DNA from: Chiloscyllium plagiosum
Taxonomy: Eukaryota
Assembly (NCBI RefSeq): GCF_004010195.1
Contig: NC_057719.1
Span: 14,727,849 to 14,791,848 of the forward strand
Direction: 5' to 3'
DNA length: 64,000 nucleotides
The notes beneath the pieces are model-generated. The model had not been told where the DNA came from. It made no database searches and saw only the letters and a list, made by a program, of their open reading frames with translations. The position numbers and the translations under genes are program-made. Shown piece by piece: positions 35,807 to 48,000 of the stretch; within the stretch, counting starts at the first letter, position 1; each line of letters begins with the position of its first letter.

Positions 35807-36530
35807 GGATGTAGGTTTGCTTGCTGAGCTGGAAGGTTCATTTCCAGATGTTTTGTCACCCTACTAGGTAACATCTTCAGTGGGCCTCAGGCGAAGCACT
35901 GCTGATAATTCCTGCTTTCTATTTATATGTTTGGGTTTCTTTGGGTTGGTGATGTCATTTCCTGTGGTGATGTCATTTCCTGTGGTGAAGTCACTTCTTG
36001 TTCCTTTCTCAGGAGATGGTAGATGGTGTCTAACTCGATGTGTTTGTTGATAGAGTTCCTGTTGAAATGCCATGTTTCTAGGAATTCTTGTGCATGTCTT
36101 TGTTTTGTTTGTCCTAGGATGGATGTGTTGTTCCAGTAGAAGTGGTGTCCTTCATCATCTGTATGTAAGGATACTAGTGAGAGAGGGTCATGTCTTTTTG
36201 TGGTTAGTTAGTGTTCATGTATCCTGGTTTAGAACAGAGTGGTGCTGGAAAAGCACAGCAGGTCAGGCAGCATCCAAAGAGTAGGAAAATCGACGTTTCG
36301 GGCAAAAGCCCTTCATCAGGAATAGGCTTCCTGCCTCTATTCCTGTTGAAGGGCTTTTGCCCGAAATGTCGATTTTCCTGCTCCTCGGATGCTGCCTGAC
36401 CTGCTGTGCTTTTCCAGCACCACTCTGATCTAAACTCTGGTTTCCAGTATCTGCAGTCCTCACTTCTGCCTTCATGTATCTTGGTGGCTAGTTTTCTGCT
36501 TGTTTGTCCAATGTAGCGCTTGTTACAGTC
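35807..36530 (-). mobile_element. Poseidon-type PLE 3' end (GIY-YIG plus terminus with hammerhead remnant), split by a mini-insertion
   Basis: Minus strand reads like AQEFLETWHF..NSINKHIELD; core CTGAAGA-t-GTTACC-tagtag-GGTGAC-AAAAC-ATC at 35845-35882. Confidence 0.8.
36229..36470. mobile_element. Palindromic PLE mini-insertion (242 bp) with two opposed hammerhead cores and 15-bp TSD
   Basis: About 97-bp inverted arms, about 10-bp spacer, 35-nt tail; TSD ttcatgtatcYtggt at 36214-36228 and 36471-36485. Confidence 0.93.
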
Positions 36531-37224
36531 AATCTTTTTTTGGTAAAAGACTGCTTATAATATGAATTTTAAAGTGTGAATGACAGTGTTGACTGTATAA
36601 AACAGATTACAATATAATCCAGGAAGCCTGCACGTTTTAACTGAAAACCACAAATGCTGGAAATCACAGTGTGTCAGACAGCATCCATGGAGAGAGAGCG
36701 AGCAAACACCGAGAGAGAGCGAGCAAACATTTTGAGTCTTGGTGACTCTTCATCAGTGCTTGTACCTAAGCCTCTAATTTATATTTTGTTCACTCATGGG
36801 ATTTGGACATCCCTGGCTGAGCCAGCATTTTATTGCCTGCTCCTAGTTGTTCTTGAGAAGATGGTGTTGAGTTCCCTCTTGAACCAGTGCAGCCCATCCT
36901 TTGGTGGTGGTTATTTTTCGCATTGCTGCACATCGGTCATCAGTGTAATATTCTTTTTCAAGAGTCATGTTTGGGAATTGCTGTTATGTTATGTCATTAT
37001 CATTATATTAAATGGCAGGCAATTAGCTTGAGAATATACATGAATAGTCTAATTTCAGGGCACTGGCCTAAATATTACCGATAAAACATTTAAGATCATC
37101 TTAAACTAAATGTACGTAAATACAAAAGCAATGAAATATGGAATAATTAAAGGGTCCGGAAAGCACAATCCATTGGGATTCAAATTTTAATTCAGTCCAG
37201 TTGTGACCTCTGTAAGAGAAAAGA

Positions 37225-37375
37225 AAAGCTTGCATTCATGTAGCACCTTTTGTAACCTCAAGACGTCCCAGCGTGCTTTGCAATTATTAAGTACTTTTGA
37301 AGTGTAGTCACAGTTGTAATGTAGGGGAAAAAAAACAGTCTCAATTAAATGCAAGTTCCTGGTATAACAATGCAT
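37225..37375 (-). mobile_element. DeuSINE/L2-type 3' tail fragment
   Basis: cttgcattcatgtagcacctt...gacgtcccagcgtgcttt...gtacttttgaagtgtagtcac. Confidence 0.6.
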
Positions 37376-37685
37376 ATTTTTTCAGTTAACCTCTGCCTGA
37401 CTCTAACTTCTTCCAAACCCCCAAAATATACTTTTTCACGTCATGTAAGAGTAATTGGCATAGCAAAACCTGAAGCTGTACAAGGTGAGTAGTTGATAGT
37501 TAGGACGCATACAAGGAACAATGGTGAGATTCAAATATATCCATTGAAGACACTTTGCCCCATTCCCGAATTCAGACAATGGCTGTCTGACACGTCGGCC
37601 TACAATCCAAAAGGCTATTTATTGCCCATCCCTGATTGACCTCATACTGGATGGCTTGTTAGATTATTTTAGAAGTTAGTTCACA

Positions 37686-38360
37686 ATCATAGAATTGTAC
37701 AGCATATAAATAGACCCTTCAGTCCAACTTGTCCATGCTGACCAGATATGCTAAATTAATCTAGCCCTATTTGTCAGCATTTGGCCAATTTCCCTCTAAA
37801 ACCTTCATGCACCCATCAAGATGCCTTTTGAATATTGTAATTGTATCAGCCTCCATCACATCCTGTGGCAGCTCATTCCATATATACACCACATTCTGCA
37901 TGAAAAAGTCACCCCTTAGGTTTCTTGTAAATCTTTTCCTTCGCAATTTAGACCTATGCCGTCTAGTTTTGGACTCACCTACCCTGGAAAAAAGACCTTG
38001 TCTATTTATCCTATTCCTGCCCCTCATGATTTTATAAACTTCTATAAGGTCACCCATCAACCTCCAGTGCTCCAGGGAAAACAGTCCCAGCCTATTCAAC
38101 CTCTCCCTGTAGCTCAAACCCTCCAACCCTGGCAACATCCTTGTAAATCTTTTTGGAAAACCTTTCAAGTTTAACAACATCTGTACTATAAGAGGGAGAC
38201 CAGAAGTGAACACAGTATTCCAATAGTTGGCCAAATCAATGTCTTGTACAGCCGCAGCATGACCTCCCAACTCCTATACTCAATGCTCTAACCAATAAAG
38301 GCAAGCATAACAAATGCCTTCTTCACTATCCTATTTACCAATGATTTCCATTTTCAGGAA
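37686..38360 (-). mobile_element. CR1 3' fragment
   Basis: Minus ORF 37767-38270 KRFTRMLPGLEGLSYRERLNRLGLFSLE. Confidence 0.92.
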
Positions 38361-38612
38361 ACAGTCAGCCATATTCTGTTTAGCTATAGGCCAGGCCAGG
38401 CAAGAACTGATGGTTTTTTCCCCAAAAGGATATTAGTGAACCAGATAGATATTTATGACATCTGCTGCATGGTCACCATTGAACTTGCTTTTAAATCCAA
38501 TTCTTATTGAATTTGAATTTCACTATCTGTAACTGCAGGATTTGAACCTACGTTTTAGGAATATTCACTGGTTTATTAGGCCAGTGACATCATAACCAAG
38601 CCATCACCTCCC
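38360..38612 (-). mobile_element. tRNA-SINE family 2, degraded
   Basis: aaaggatattagtgaaccagat...ttattgaatttgaatttcac...ccagtgacatc. Confidence 0.65.
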
Positions 38613-38964
38613 CTATGTTCTGGATCAACTGAAATTGCAAAAATATGATTGATAGATATAACAAGTACCTCAAAAGGTATAGAACAAAAGCAGATAAATA
38701 GACTTGAGATATAAATCAGTCAGGAATTTACTGCATGGTGACATGACCTCCTATATCTTACCTTATCTCTCAACATTCTAAGCTTCAAACCATTACATTA
38801 ACTAACTGTGGTTTTAGGCTATCTGCTGACTGCAGGGGGAATGAAGCAAGCTGCTTATTATCAAAGTATTTTGCTAACTGTTGATAAATACAGCAGTGAC
38901 TCCTCACTAAGATTGTAGCCCAACATCAATGGTTCAGAGATTATTCTTCAGCATGTAGCTGAAC

Positions 38965-39365
38965 AATCACATGGTATCAACATCAACTTCGCCAGTTTCC
39001 AAATCTCCACTCCCTGCATCTCATCCCAGATCCAACCCTCCAACTCCATAATGTCCTCTTGACCTGTCCCACATGTTCATCTTCCTTCCCACCTATCCGC
39101 TCCACCCTCCCCACCAACCTATCATAATTATCCCCCACTTGCTTCCACCTATCACCTTCCCAGCTATCTTCTTCCCAGCCCTAACCCCATCTCCCGATTT
39201 ATCTCTCAGACCCCATGCCACCCCATCAGCGCACATTCCTGATGAAGGGCGTATGACCAAAATATTGACTCTCCTGCTCCTCGGAGTCTGTCTGACCTGC
39301 TGTGCTTTTCCAGTGCCACACGTTTTGACTCTGACTCCAGCATCTGTAGTCCTCACTTCCTCCAA
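38965..39365 (+). mobile_element. PLE 3' fragment with hammerhead remnant and tail
   Basis: Homologous to 25800-26176; cctgatgaagggcgtatgaccaaaat. Confidence 0.85.
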
Positions 39366-41182
39366 ACTTACTAATAGGATTAATATTCGAAGTAAGGTCA
39401 GGAACCAGACAATCGGATGAATTCTATGTCCTCGTGCTGTTCATGCGCTATTATTTTGGAATGCATATATTCTTTTGTGCAAGAGACAAACTCAAGGCTA
39501 GATGTGGCCTGTCTTGCAGCAATGGTAAAGGCAGATGATGACCAAATTGGAGTTTGCTACTGCCTTGTTGAAAAGACCACTTGGTACATCAGAGGGATGG
39601 GAGGATAGATCATTGCGAATGAGGGTAGCTGGGTCAAACTGAGGTTATATGTAAGTTCTGAAGCAGATTGTCCCAGAATCTGATCATTTCCAATGTCGAA
39701 AGGGGAACCTTTCTTTAACCCAGCGGTGAATCTGAAGCTGTGTTTTGAGGTGCAATAGATTGTTTCAGTTTACCGAAATCAGTTTTAAAAATTGTGTTCC
39801 CAGATCCGTGGCCCCTAAACAAGCCCCTCAAGGGAGTTAATAGGTTGTTAATTTGGCAGCCAGCTGGTTTCCCTTCATCCCACCCCTGCCAGCACTTTGT
39901 AAAGAAGACAATCTCCAGGACCATGATTTGAAGTCATACCAATACATGAGTCCTAACCCCATGTGGATTTACAAATCTGGCCATTCTTAACCTTTGAATT
40001 GGTCGCAGTCCCACCACTGTGTCAACAGGTTTTTGGTACTAAATCCTATTGTAGTCGTGAGCTTATCATCTTGGTCTTCAGGGAGCAAGGAGAATCATGC
40101 AGGTCCCTTTAATTCCCAAGCTACCGTTATACTCTGGACAGCTCAGGGACAATTACTGCCAAATGGCTCATTATGGAGCCAAATTAACATCTTGTTGGCA
40201 TAGCCAAGGATTCCAGTGATGGACCCTTCCTGCTTAACTTAATTAGGGACAATTTGATTGATGAATCTAATGAGAAAACCCCATTCAACTCTTCTACTCA
40301 ACGGGGCATCATGCTTACTCCAGCACCAGTGAATTACAACCATTATATTGAAGAGTTGACAATATATCAGTTCAATTCCTCCTCTATGTTGCAATATGGA
40401 TTTCACTCCTGTCACAATTTCACATGTTGAAGGAGGCAATAAATCATATTTCAATAGGCAATTTGTGTTTTACATTAAAACAGCATCATTCATTCACATT
40501 GCTTGATTGTGCTGGTCTCTGTCTGCCCAATATTCCTCTGTAGAATATTCCAATGCTATCTGACCAGCCTTCCATATCATCTTCCACAAACTGAGGCCAT
40601 CTGAAAATGAACAGCTTATCTTTTCGCTCATCACCCAGTTCCAGTTGATTCCCAGCTATGCAATGCCTTCATTTCAAAATCCTTATCTTTGTTCCACCTT
40701 TTTCATGACTTTGTTCCTAACAATCTCTGTAACCTCTGCCAAACCTAGAACCTTCAGAGATAACTAAAATCCTTCAAATGTGGCCTCATGCCTTCCAAAT
40801 TGTAATGACACATTCGAAGATACTTGAGTCATTGGTGTGTAGGAGGCATACCCCTGTGTTGTAGCCCATTTGTTCTGATGTCAATAACCAGGCTGTTGTA
40901 TGCCATTAGATCTTTGCTGCTGCAAGGACATGCTCATCAAAATTGATCTTGGTTAAAAGTTGCCTTCACCTCTGATTTCTCCTCCAGTAAGATCTTTCCT
41001 AAAACCTACTATGTTAGCTTTTGGTTCCCTATGTATTTATATATTTTAAGATGATTCAATATATAAGTGTATTTGCTAATAGTTTCATGTAATGCCTTGG
41101 GATGTTTTACGATATCGAAGGTGTTCCACAATTGCAAGTGGTCGTTGTTGTGTAAGAGAAAACACAAACGTAAATGTTGATT

Positions 41183-41646
41183 GGGTGGCACGGTGGCTCA
41201 ATGGTTAGCACTGCTACCTCACAGCACCAGCGGCCCAGGTTTGATTCTACCCTCGGGCGATTGTCTGTTTGGAGCTTCCACATTCTCCCCATGTCTAGTG
41301 GGTTTCCTGTGGGGCCTCTGGCTTCCTTCCACAATACAAAGATGTGCAGGTTAAGTGAATTGGCCATGCTAAATTGCCCATAGTGTAGGTTACGTACATT
41401 AGTCAGCAGAAATGTAAAGTAGGGGAAAGTGAGGACTGGAGATCAGCCCTGATTCTCCTGCTCCTCAGATGTTGCCTGACCTGCTGTGCTTTTCCAGAAC
41501 TACTCTCTCGGAAATGTAAAGTCATAGGGTAAGTGAATGACTCTGGATGGGATACTCTTCAGAGTCTTGGTGGGATACTCTTCAGAGGTTTGGTGTGGAT
41601 TTGTTGGGCCAAATGGCCTGTTTCCACACTGTAGGAATTCTGTGAT
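41183..41646 (+). mobile_element. HE1-type V-SINE containing a 90-bp PLE mini-insertion (41421-41510)
   Basis: HE1 head and V-domain; insertion flanked by 12-bp TSD gaaatgtaaagt (41409-41420, 41511-41522). Confidence 0.88.
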
Positions 41647-41729
41647 TGGTTTTTAACTAACCCGTCTGATTTCTATTAAAACGGAGTGAGGAACTTGCTC
41701 TTGAATGAATAGCATTCATGTTCATTTAG

Positions 41730-41748
41730 TGACCTTGACCTGTGACCT
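41730..41748. promoter_or_regulatory. Triple nuclear-receptor half-site TGACCT-TGACCT-g-TGACCT
   Basis: Three perfect TGACCT; includes TGACCTTGA (reverse complement TCAAGGTCA, the ERR/NR5A site); motif only. Confidence 0.35.
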
Positions 41749-42212
41749 GTGTTCTTCCACCTGTGACCATATACTTCATATATGGTCAGTATAAATAGTG
41801 GAAGGTGCAGATTCAACCGAATGCTTTTAATTCAATTGTGACGGAAGTGGGATTCTTCTCCTTGGCTTCCTTCCTGACATATGAATGTCAAGGAGCTGAG
41901 CTTCTTGAGCTGTGACCTATTGCTCTCTTAACTGCTGTCAAACAAAGAGTACTTCAGTGTGCATGCAATGAGATTTTGTATCAGGTTTGTGAGCGCTAGC
42001 TCTCAAGTTTCTAATCACCAATACAATACCTGGATTATCTGCTGTTTGCTTCTTAGATAGGATGAAAAAAATTATCTAATTTCCTGTTTGTTAGCATTGC
42101 TAATCTATGACTATTGCAGCTTAACTTTGACTCTGTTGCTCCAGGGCTTATTTCAACTCTGCCCTGCTTTCATATTAAACCATGGTTTGCTATTTTCAGG
42201 TGGACGGAACAG

Positions 42213-42489
42213 TAGTACAGTGGTTAGCCACTGCCTCACAGTACCAGGGACCTGGGTTCAATTCCCACCTCAGGCAACTTTCTGTGTGGAATTTGCATAT
42301 TTTCCCTGTGTCTGCGTGGGTTTGCTCCAGATGGTCTGTTTTCCTCCCACAGTCCAAAAATGTGCAGGTTAGGTGAATTGGCCATGCTAAATTGCCAGTA
42401 GTGTTAGGTGAATGGGTCTGGGTGGATTGGTCTTCGGGACTTGTTGGGCCGAAGGGCCTGTTTCCACACTATAAGTAATCTAATCTAAT
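42213..42489 (+). mobile_element. HE1-type V-SINE
   Basis: V-domain and taatctaatctaa tail. Confidence 0.88.
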
Positions 42490-43290
42490 TTGTCCTGCTG
42501 CTTCCAGTGAGAACAGAGTGAGTGAGTGGTCAGAATGGTGGCTGGATACTCCTCCCTGCATACACAAGGTGTTAATGTCTGTTTAACTGCTGCATTGCTG
42601 GCAATGCAACTCCACAGACAGGCGAAGAACTCATTACTCAGCTGTTGTCCAGCATCCGATGATAATACTCTGACCCAAATCTCAGCAGTGACACCTGTTT
42701 AACACTATCAGCAAGTCAGAGGATGGCTAGAATAAATCTACAAAAATCTAACTGTCCCTCCCCTTCCTTGTGGGATGGAGTGTTCCTCTGAGTGCATTAT
42801 GAAAAGTGTATGTTGCCCCATTTCATCCCATACTCACAATAACCTCCTGCTACCCCTCATCCCACTTACATTAAACCTAAAAACCTTTGTTCAGGGCACC
42901 AACTGCCCAGAATCCAAAACCCAATCCATCACTTCAATAAGATATTGGGTCTGACGATGTGTCACACACGTACAAGATCAGGTTTTGGAATTCTCATGTG
43001 CTATTGTGAACCTGCTGACGGGACAATGCCGCGTCATCTCTGTGGAGCAAACATTTGGGGAGTTTGCAAGATACATTTTCCCATAACAAAGATCACGAAA
43101 GATGCTAGAAACTCACCCATGTCAATTACCATTCATTTCCTTGGACTGACATGTCATTGCACAGCATGTGTTCTTTATTTCTGCCTGGCACTTTAGTCAT
43201 GCCTCTGCTGTGTGGTATTTATCTATCCCACCCCTTCAAGTGTTGCTGTAATTCCAACGCAAGGTGTGATTGTGATTCAAACTTTCCTTT

Positions 43291-43670
43291 ATAGAATTCA
43301 CCACAGTATGGAAGCAGGCCATTGATCCATGGAGTCCACACTGACCTTCCTGAAGAGCAGCCCACCCACACCTACCCACACCCACCCTACAACCCTGTCC
43401 CTGTAACCCTGCATTTCACCATAGTTAATCCACCGAGCCTGCACACTATAGGCAATTTAGCATGGCCAATCCACCTAGCCAACACACAATAGGCAATTTC
43501 CCCTGGCCAGCCCAATTAACCTGCACACCTTGTAGGAAGAAACTAGAGGACCCGAAGGAAACCCACACAGGCACAGGGAGAAAGTGGAAATTCCACACAA
43601 GCCTGGAGTCGAACCTGGGTCACTAGTGCTGTGAGGCAGCAGTGTTGACCACTGAGCCACCGTGCTGCCC
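43291..43670 (-). mobile_element. HE1-type V-SINE, older
   Basis: Reverse complement of HE1; internal duplication of aggcaattt...ggcca. Confidence 0.85.
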
Positions 43671-44254
43671 TATTCCTTCTTCTCCTTCTTGTGCACATGA
43701 CCATTACCTCCACTGTGTTGTTTGCAACAGATCAAGAATGCAAGACTGTCTCGGGTGAAAATTTCCTCTGGCCCATTGGATCAGTGAACAGGTACAGCAC
43801 AGAGGTCTCTGTGCAGTAATGTGCAAGGCTACTGGTCTGGAATAATCTATAACAAATCTCAGGAATAAATTAACATTCCAGCACCATAGCCCAGCTTTAA
43901 GTTACAAAAAAAAATGCAATAGAAGAAAGAGAAGCTAACTGTTTCTGCTCATGCAGAAAGTCTCAGTTACAGATGTTTGCTTGATAAATGGCTGCTTTTT
44001 ACTTTCTGATTTGTTCAGGCTCAATCTATCAACATTGGATAATTCTGGTAGAAATTCCAGGGCTGGGTCAAGGGCAGATCCCACGGCTCCTGTTAGCTAC
44101 ACCGACTAATGTAAATACTTCAACCTCTCACTCCTATAATTTATGCATCTACTTTAATTTACTCGTTTTCTTTTATGTGTTGTTCCTTCCAAAGGCATGA
44201 AGATAGCTGACTGTTAGATTCAATTTGGAGAGTATGGCTCATTTGAAGTTTGGA

Positions 44255-44660
44255 CTAGGAACACAGGAACAGGCATAGGCCATTCAGCCCTTCAAACTAG
44301 TTTTGCAATTCAGTGAGATCATGGCTGTTTTATGGCCTAATCCCTTAATACCTTTGCTTCATAGAAATTTATCTATCTCAGATTTAAAACTAACAACTGA
44401 TCCAGCATTCGCTGCCATTCGTGGAAAGGAATTCCAAACATCTACCACCTTTTACGTATAGAAATACTTCCTAATATCTCTCATGAACACTCTGGCCATA
44501 ATTTTTAGACTCTGCCCCCTAGTTCTAGAATCCCCAGACAGTGATAATAATGTATCTTTATGTAGCCTTCCCTTTTCTGTTATTATTTTGAGCATTTCAA
44601 TTAAGATTGCCCCTTAACCTTCTAATTTCTAGAAAAAAACCCAGAATTAATTTGTAAGAT
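44255..44660 (-). mobile_element. CR1 3' end (second family), degraded
   Basis: taggaacacaggaacaggcataggccattcagccc tail; ctctgccccctagttctagaatcccc. Confidence 0.75.
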
Positions 44661-45446
44661 CTCTCGATTAGGGGCCGAGGGGCTGGATCAAACCCAAGAA
44701 TTTGACACGTTGGGCGATCCCATCCAGGACCATAATAATTTAGGGGACCTCACCTAGGGCCTGATTAATTGAAAAACCAAGCTGATTGAAGCCTTTGTTT
44801 CTTACAGCCTGACTGAACTGCACAAGGGAAACTGGTCGAATTCTGAAACCTTGCAAAATCTGCTTTCTGATGTAGCCATCACAATGTGTTCCTGGGCTCT
44901 ATCAAACTGCAACATTTTATGTTAGCACCTTTCTGATTTGCCTTAAAACTGGCTACACTGTATTCCCGAATATCGGGGAATTATGCATTCATGCACTTTG
45001 TGAGTTCATATGTAATGATGCAATTGACCATTGCCCCTGTGTGCAATAATTATATTTAAACTCAGTAAAAACAGAAAAAGTACAAGAGCATATTTCTCAA
45101 GATGGTCCTGGGGGAAAGTTGCAGCAACCACCTCTGTTAACTTGGGTATGACTATTTTAAATCAGATTCACTGAACAATTAGAGATTAACAGGGCCAATC
45201 AGTTCAGAGTTGACAGTATCTGTCAACTTCATCACTGCAGGCAATGGGGCATGAATTATCAATGTTAAAGATCTATTTATCCTTCAAACTCTATTCATAC
45301 AATTTTAAAGTACATCATCTGTTCTTGGTGTTTTGTGTTTTCTACCTTTCTTGTTGCTCTTTAGATGGTTTGCAGAAGATATTGTTTATAGTATACACAA
45401 TCTTGCCACACCATTCCTTTGTAAAGCTGTCTTTAGTTTTAATTAA

Positions 45447-45712
45447 TTAGAATACCTACAGTGTGGAAACAGGCCCTTCGGCCCAACAAATCACACTGAC
45501 CTTCGAAGAGAAATCCATCCCCCTATATTTACCCCTGAGTAATCCACCTAACACTATGGGCAATTTAGCATGGCCAGTTCACCTGACCTGCACATCTTTG
45601 GAATGTGGGAGGAAACCGGGGCACCCGGAGGATATTCAAACAGACACGGGGAGAAATGTGCAAACTCCACACAGACAGTTGCTGTGAGGCAGCAGTGCTA
45701 ACCACTGAGCCA
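45447..45712 (-). mobile_element. HE1-type V-SINE with internal deletion
   Basis: cagtgtggaaacaggcccttcggcccaac...gcagcagtgctaaccactgagcc. Confidence 0.88.
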
Positions 45713-45769
45713 CATTACTGTGGGTTTGTGTGCTTTCTTTGTAACAGGTACGTTTTCACTGTTTCGGCA

Positions 45770-46120
45770 TGAGCTGGGGCTCAGGGGGTAGCACACTGAA
45801 ATTGGGGTTGCAAAGTTGTGGGCTCAAGTCCAATTCTGGAGACCGGGAAAGAAACATCAGCTGACGATCCAGTGTGGTGCTGTGAGACTGCTCTGGTTTG
45901 TAAAATGCTACTCTTCACATGAGATATAAAGCCAAGACACTTTCAGGTGACCATAAAAGATCTTTTGCCGACATTTCATTGATTTGGAGAGTCATCCCCA
46001 GTATCCTGACCAATATTTATCACTGAATTAACCTAATGGAAACAGATTAGGTGGTCTTTCATTTGCAGTCCCTCTGCTCAGGGTCACAGGTTTCTGCTGT
46101 GGGTCTTCATGTGAACTGAA
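45770..46120 (+). mobile_element. Ancient DeuSINE (SacSINE1/AmnSINE1-like)
   Basis: tRNA-like head, then a Deu-domain-like stretch tcaggtgaccataaaagatc...ccccagtatcctgaccaatatttatc...aacagatt. Confidence 0.6.
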
Positions 46121-46379
46121 CAGGTTGATTGCCCGGGTTTGTGGTCACATCAGCAGGACTTCCCACAAAGTAGTAGGATCCTTTCCTTTCCTTCTCTGCT
46201 GCTGTTAAGGCCACAAGAAATAAAAGCAGGAATAGGCCATTTGGCTTTTCAAGCCTGCTCCACCATTCTATAGGATCAAGCCTGATCTGAACTCTACCTC
46301 ATCGTTATGATGTTATGATGCCAAGTGTGATACAACTTGATGGATGAGTTGTTAATGCTCTGAATACTTTGTAACAATT

Positions 46380-46965
46380 TCCACTCAATTATTAATGACA
46401 ATGCTGTCAAGCTTTAAGGAGGACCTCGGAATGTCTTTGTAGCATTTTCTTTGTCCTTCCTTGGAACAGTTGAGGAATTGAGGAAACAGAAGCTGGCAGG
46501 GAAGACATTTCTCGCCATCCAGACACAACATCCGATCCATCTTAATTGGTTTTGCTGGAGTTTTACCTGAATTCTCATAGAGTTGGCTTCCAGAACGACA
46601 CTGGCATTTACTTAACAATACTCTCCTAACATCTGGAGGATGCATGAGACTTTGCTGATGGAATTTCTCCAGCATTCCTGAAGCAGTCGAGGTGTCACTG
46701 TGCCTTTAGGAGTGTGGGACCAACTGTTCTGTGCATTCGGAATGCTGATTGGTGGAGGTCTTTGTTGTCAAATACTCCCTGCTGTAGTCTGAAAGAAGCT
46801 GAGCTCTACGTTGTCATCAATGGTGACCTTTTGAGAGCAGTGGCTGTCAAGGTGTGAGAGATGCTTAACATGTTCCAGAGTCTTCCCTCCAACATAAAAG
46901 TGAGGTGGAATGTTTGACTGGCTGGTTGTGGATTTATAGAGTTTTGTTTTGGCAACGTTCAAGGG
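46380..46965 (-). mobile_element. RTE-clade LINE fragment
   Basis: Minus peptides LEKFHQ, LPCQLLF..GQRKCYKD..SSLK and MNVAKTKL...LEHVKHLSHLDS. Confidence 0.7.
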
Positions 46966-47184
46966 CAGGTTCCAAATTCTAGGGAATCTAATCTCTAATC
47001 AGGTCAAATTTCTAGTATGGAGAATTGAAGAGATCGAGACTGGCTTGCAAATCTGGTACAGAGTGCACATTCTGGAGATCATTTATAGTCAGGTTAGTTT
47101 TAGCATGGAAGTTTCTGACGTTAAAGAGTTCTTCATCTCGGCGATATGCAGAACAAAAACAGGCAATGCTGGAAAAGAGAGCTG

Positions 47185-47462
47185 ATAGCCTAGTGGTATT
47201 ATTGCTAAACTACAAATCCAGAGACACAGAAAGTAAAAACCTGGAATTAAGAGTCTCATGATGACCCATGAAATCATTGTCAGTTGTTGGGGGGAAGCAC
47301 ATCTGGTTCAGTGAAGTCCTTTAGGGAAGTAAAGGCCTGGCCTGCATGTGACTCCAGACCGGCAGCAATGTGGTTGACTCTTCACTGCCACTGAAATGTC
47401 TCAGTCAGCCATTCAATGCAAGGAATGGACAATCCAAGATGAAGGATGGGAAAAATTTCTGG
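47185..47462 (+). mobile_element. tRNA-SINE family 2
   Basis: ctagtggtattattgct...ctggaattaagagtct...atgtgactccagacc. Confidence 0.75.
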
Positions 47463-47651
47463 CTGTAACAGCTGCTCATTTTTTTGAGGTATTTTAGGTG
47501 TTGGAGGTGATTTCCTCCAATTCCAGGAGCAGCAATTACTGTTTCATATGCTGCTGCATTGCTTTGGAACTTTGGAAAAAAAAAAGTCAAAACAACAGCA
47601 GTTTTAAAAGGGAGACGAACAGACAAAGGAAGCACATGGTGAGGACAGTGC

Positions 47652-47653
<2 letters not shown>

Positions 47654-47690
<37 letters not shown>
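47654..47690. repeat. (GA)n microsatellite in the CR1 5' region
   Basis: Direct reading. Confidence 0.95.
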
Positions 47691-47695
<5 letters not shown>

Positions 47696-48000
47696 AAACC
47701 TGCACAGTTACTGCCTTTGCTGTTTGAATTCATGTTTCACTGGACATCGGAGTGCATCTGGAAAAATTAACAAACAGTGAAATTCACAACTAATCTTGGA
47801 GGAACTGTTGGGTGAAGTTCGCAGCATAGAATCAGATAAGTTAATTGTTTTAAGTGGACTACAGAAAGTCTGCAGTAGTAAGTAGAGTGGGTTCTTTCTT
47901 GATTTTATGTTTTTGTGGATATGTCTCTTGATTAAACTTAAAATATAAGCCATAACTATTAATTTAACCTGGGGTAGTATTTGTAGAGGAATAAGATGGT

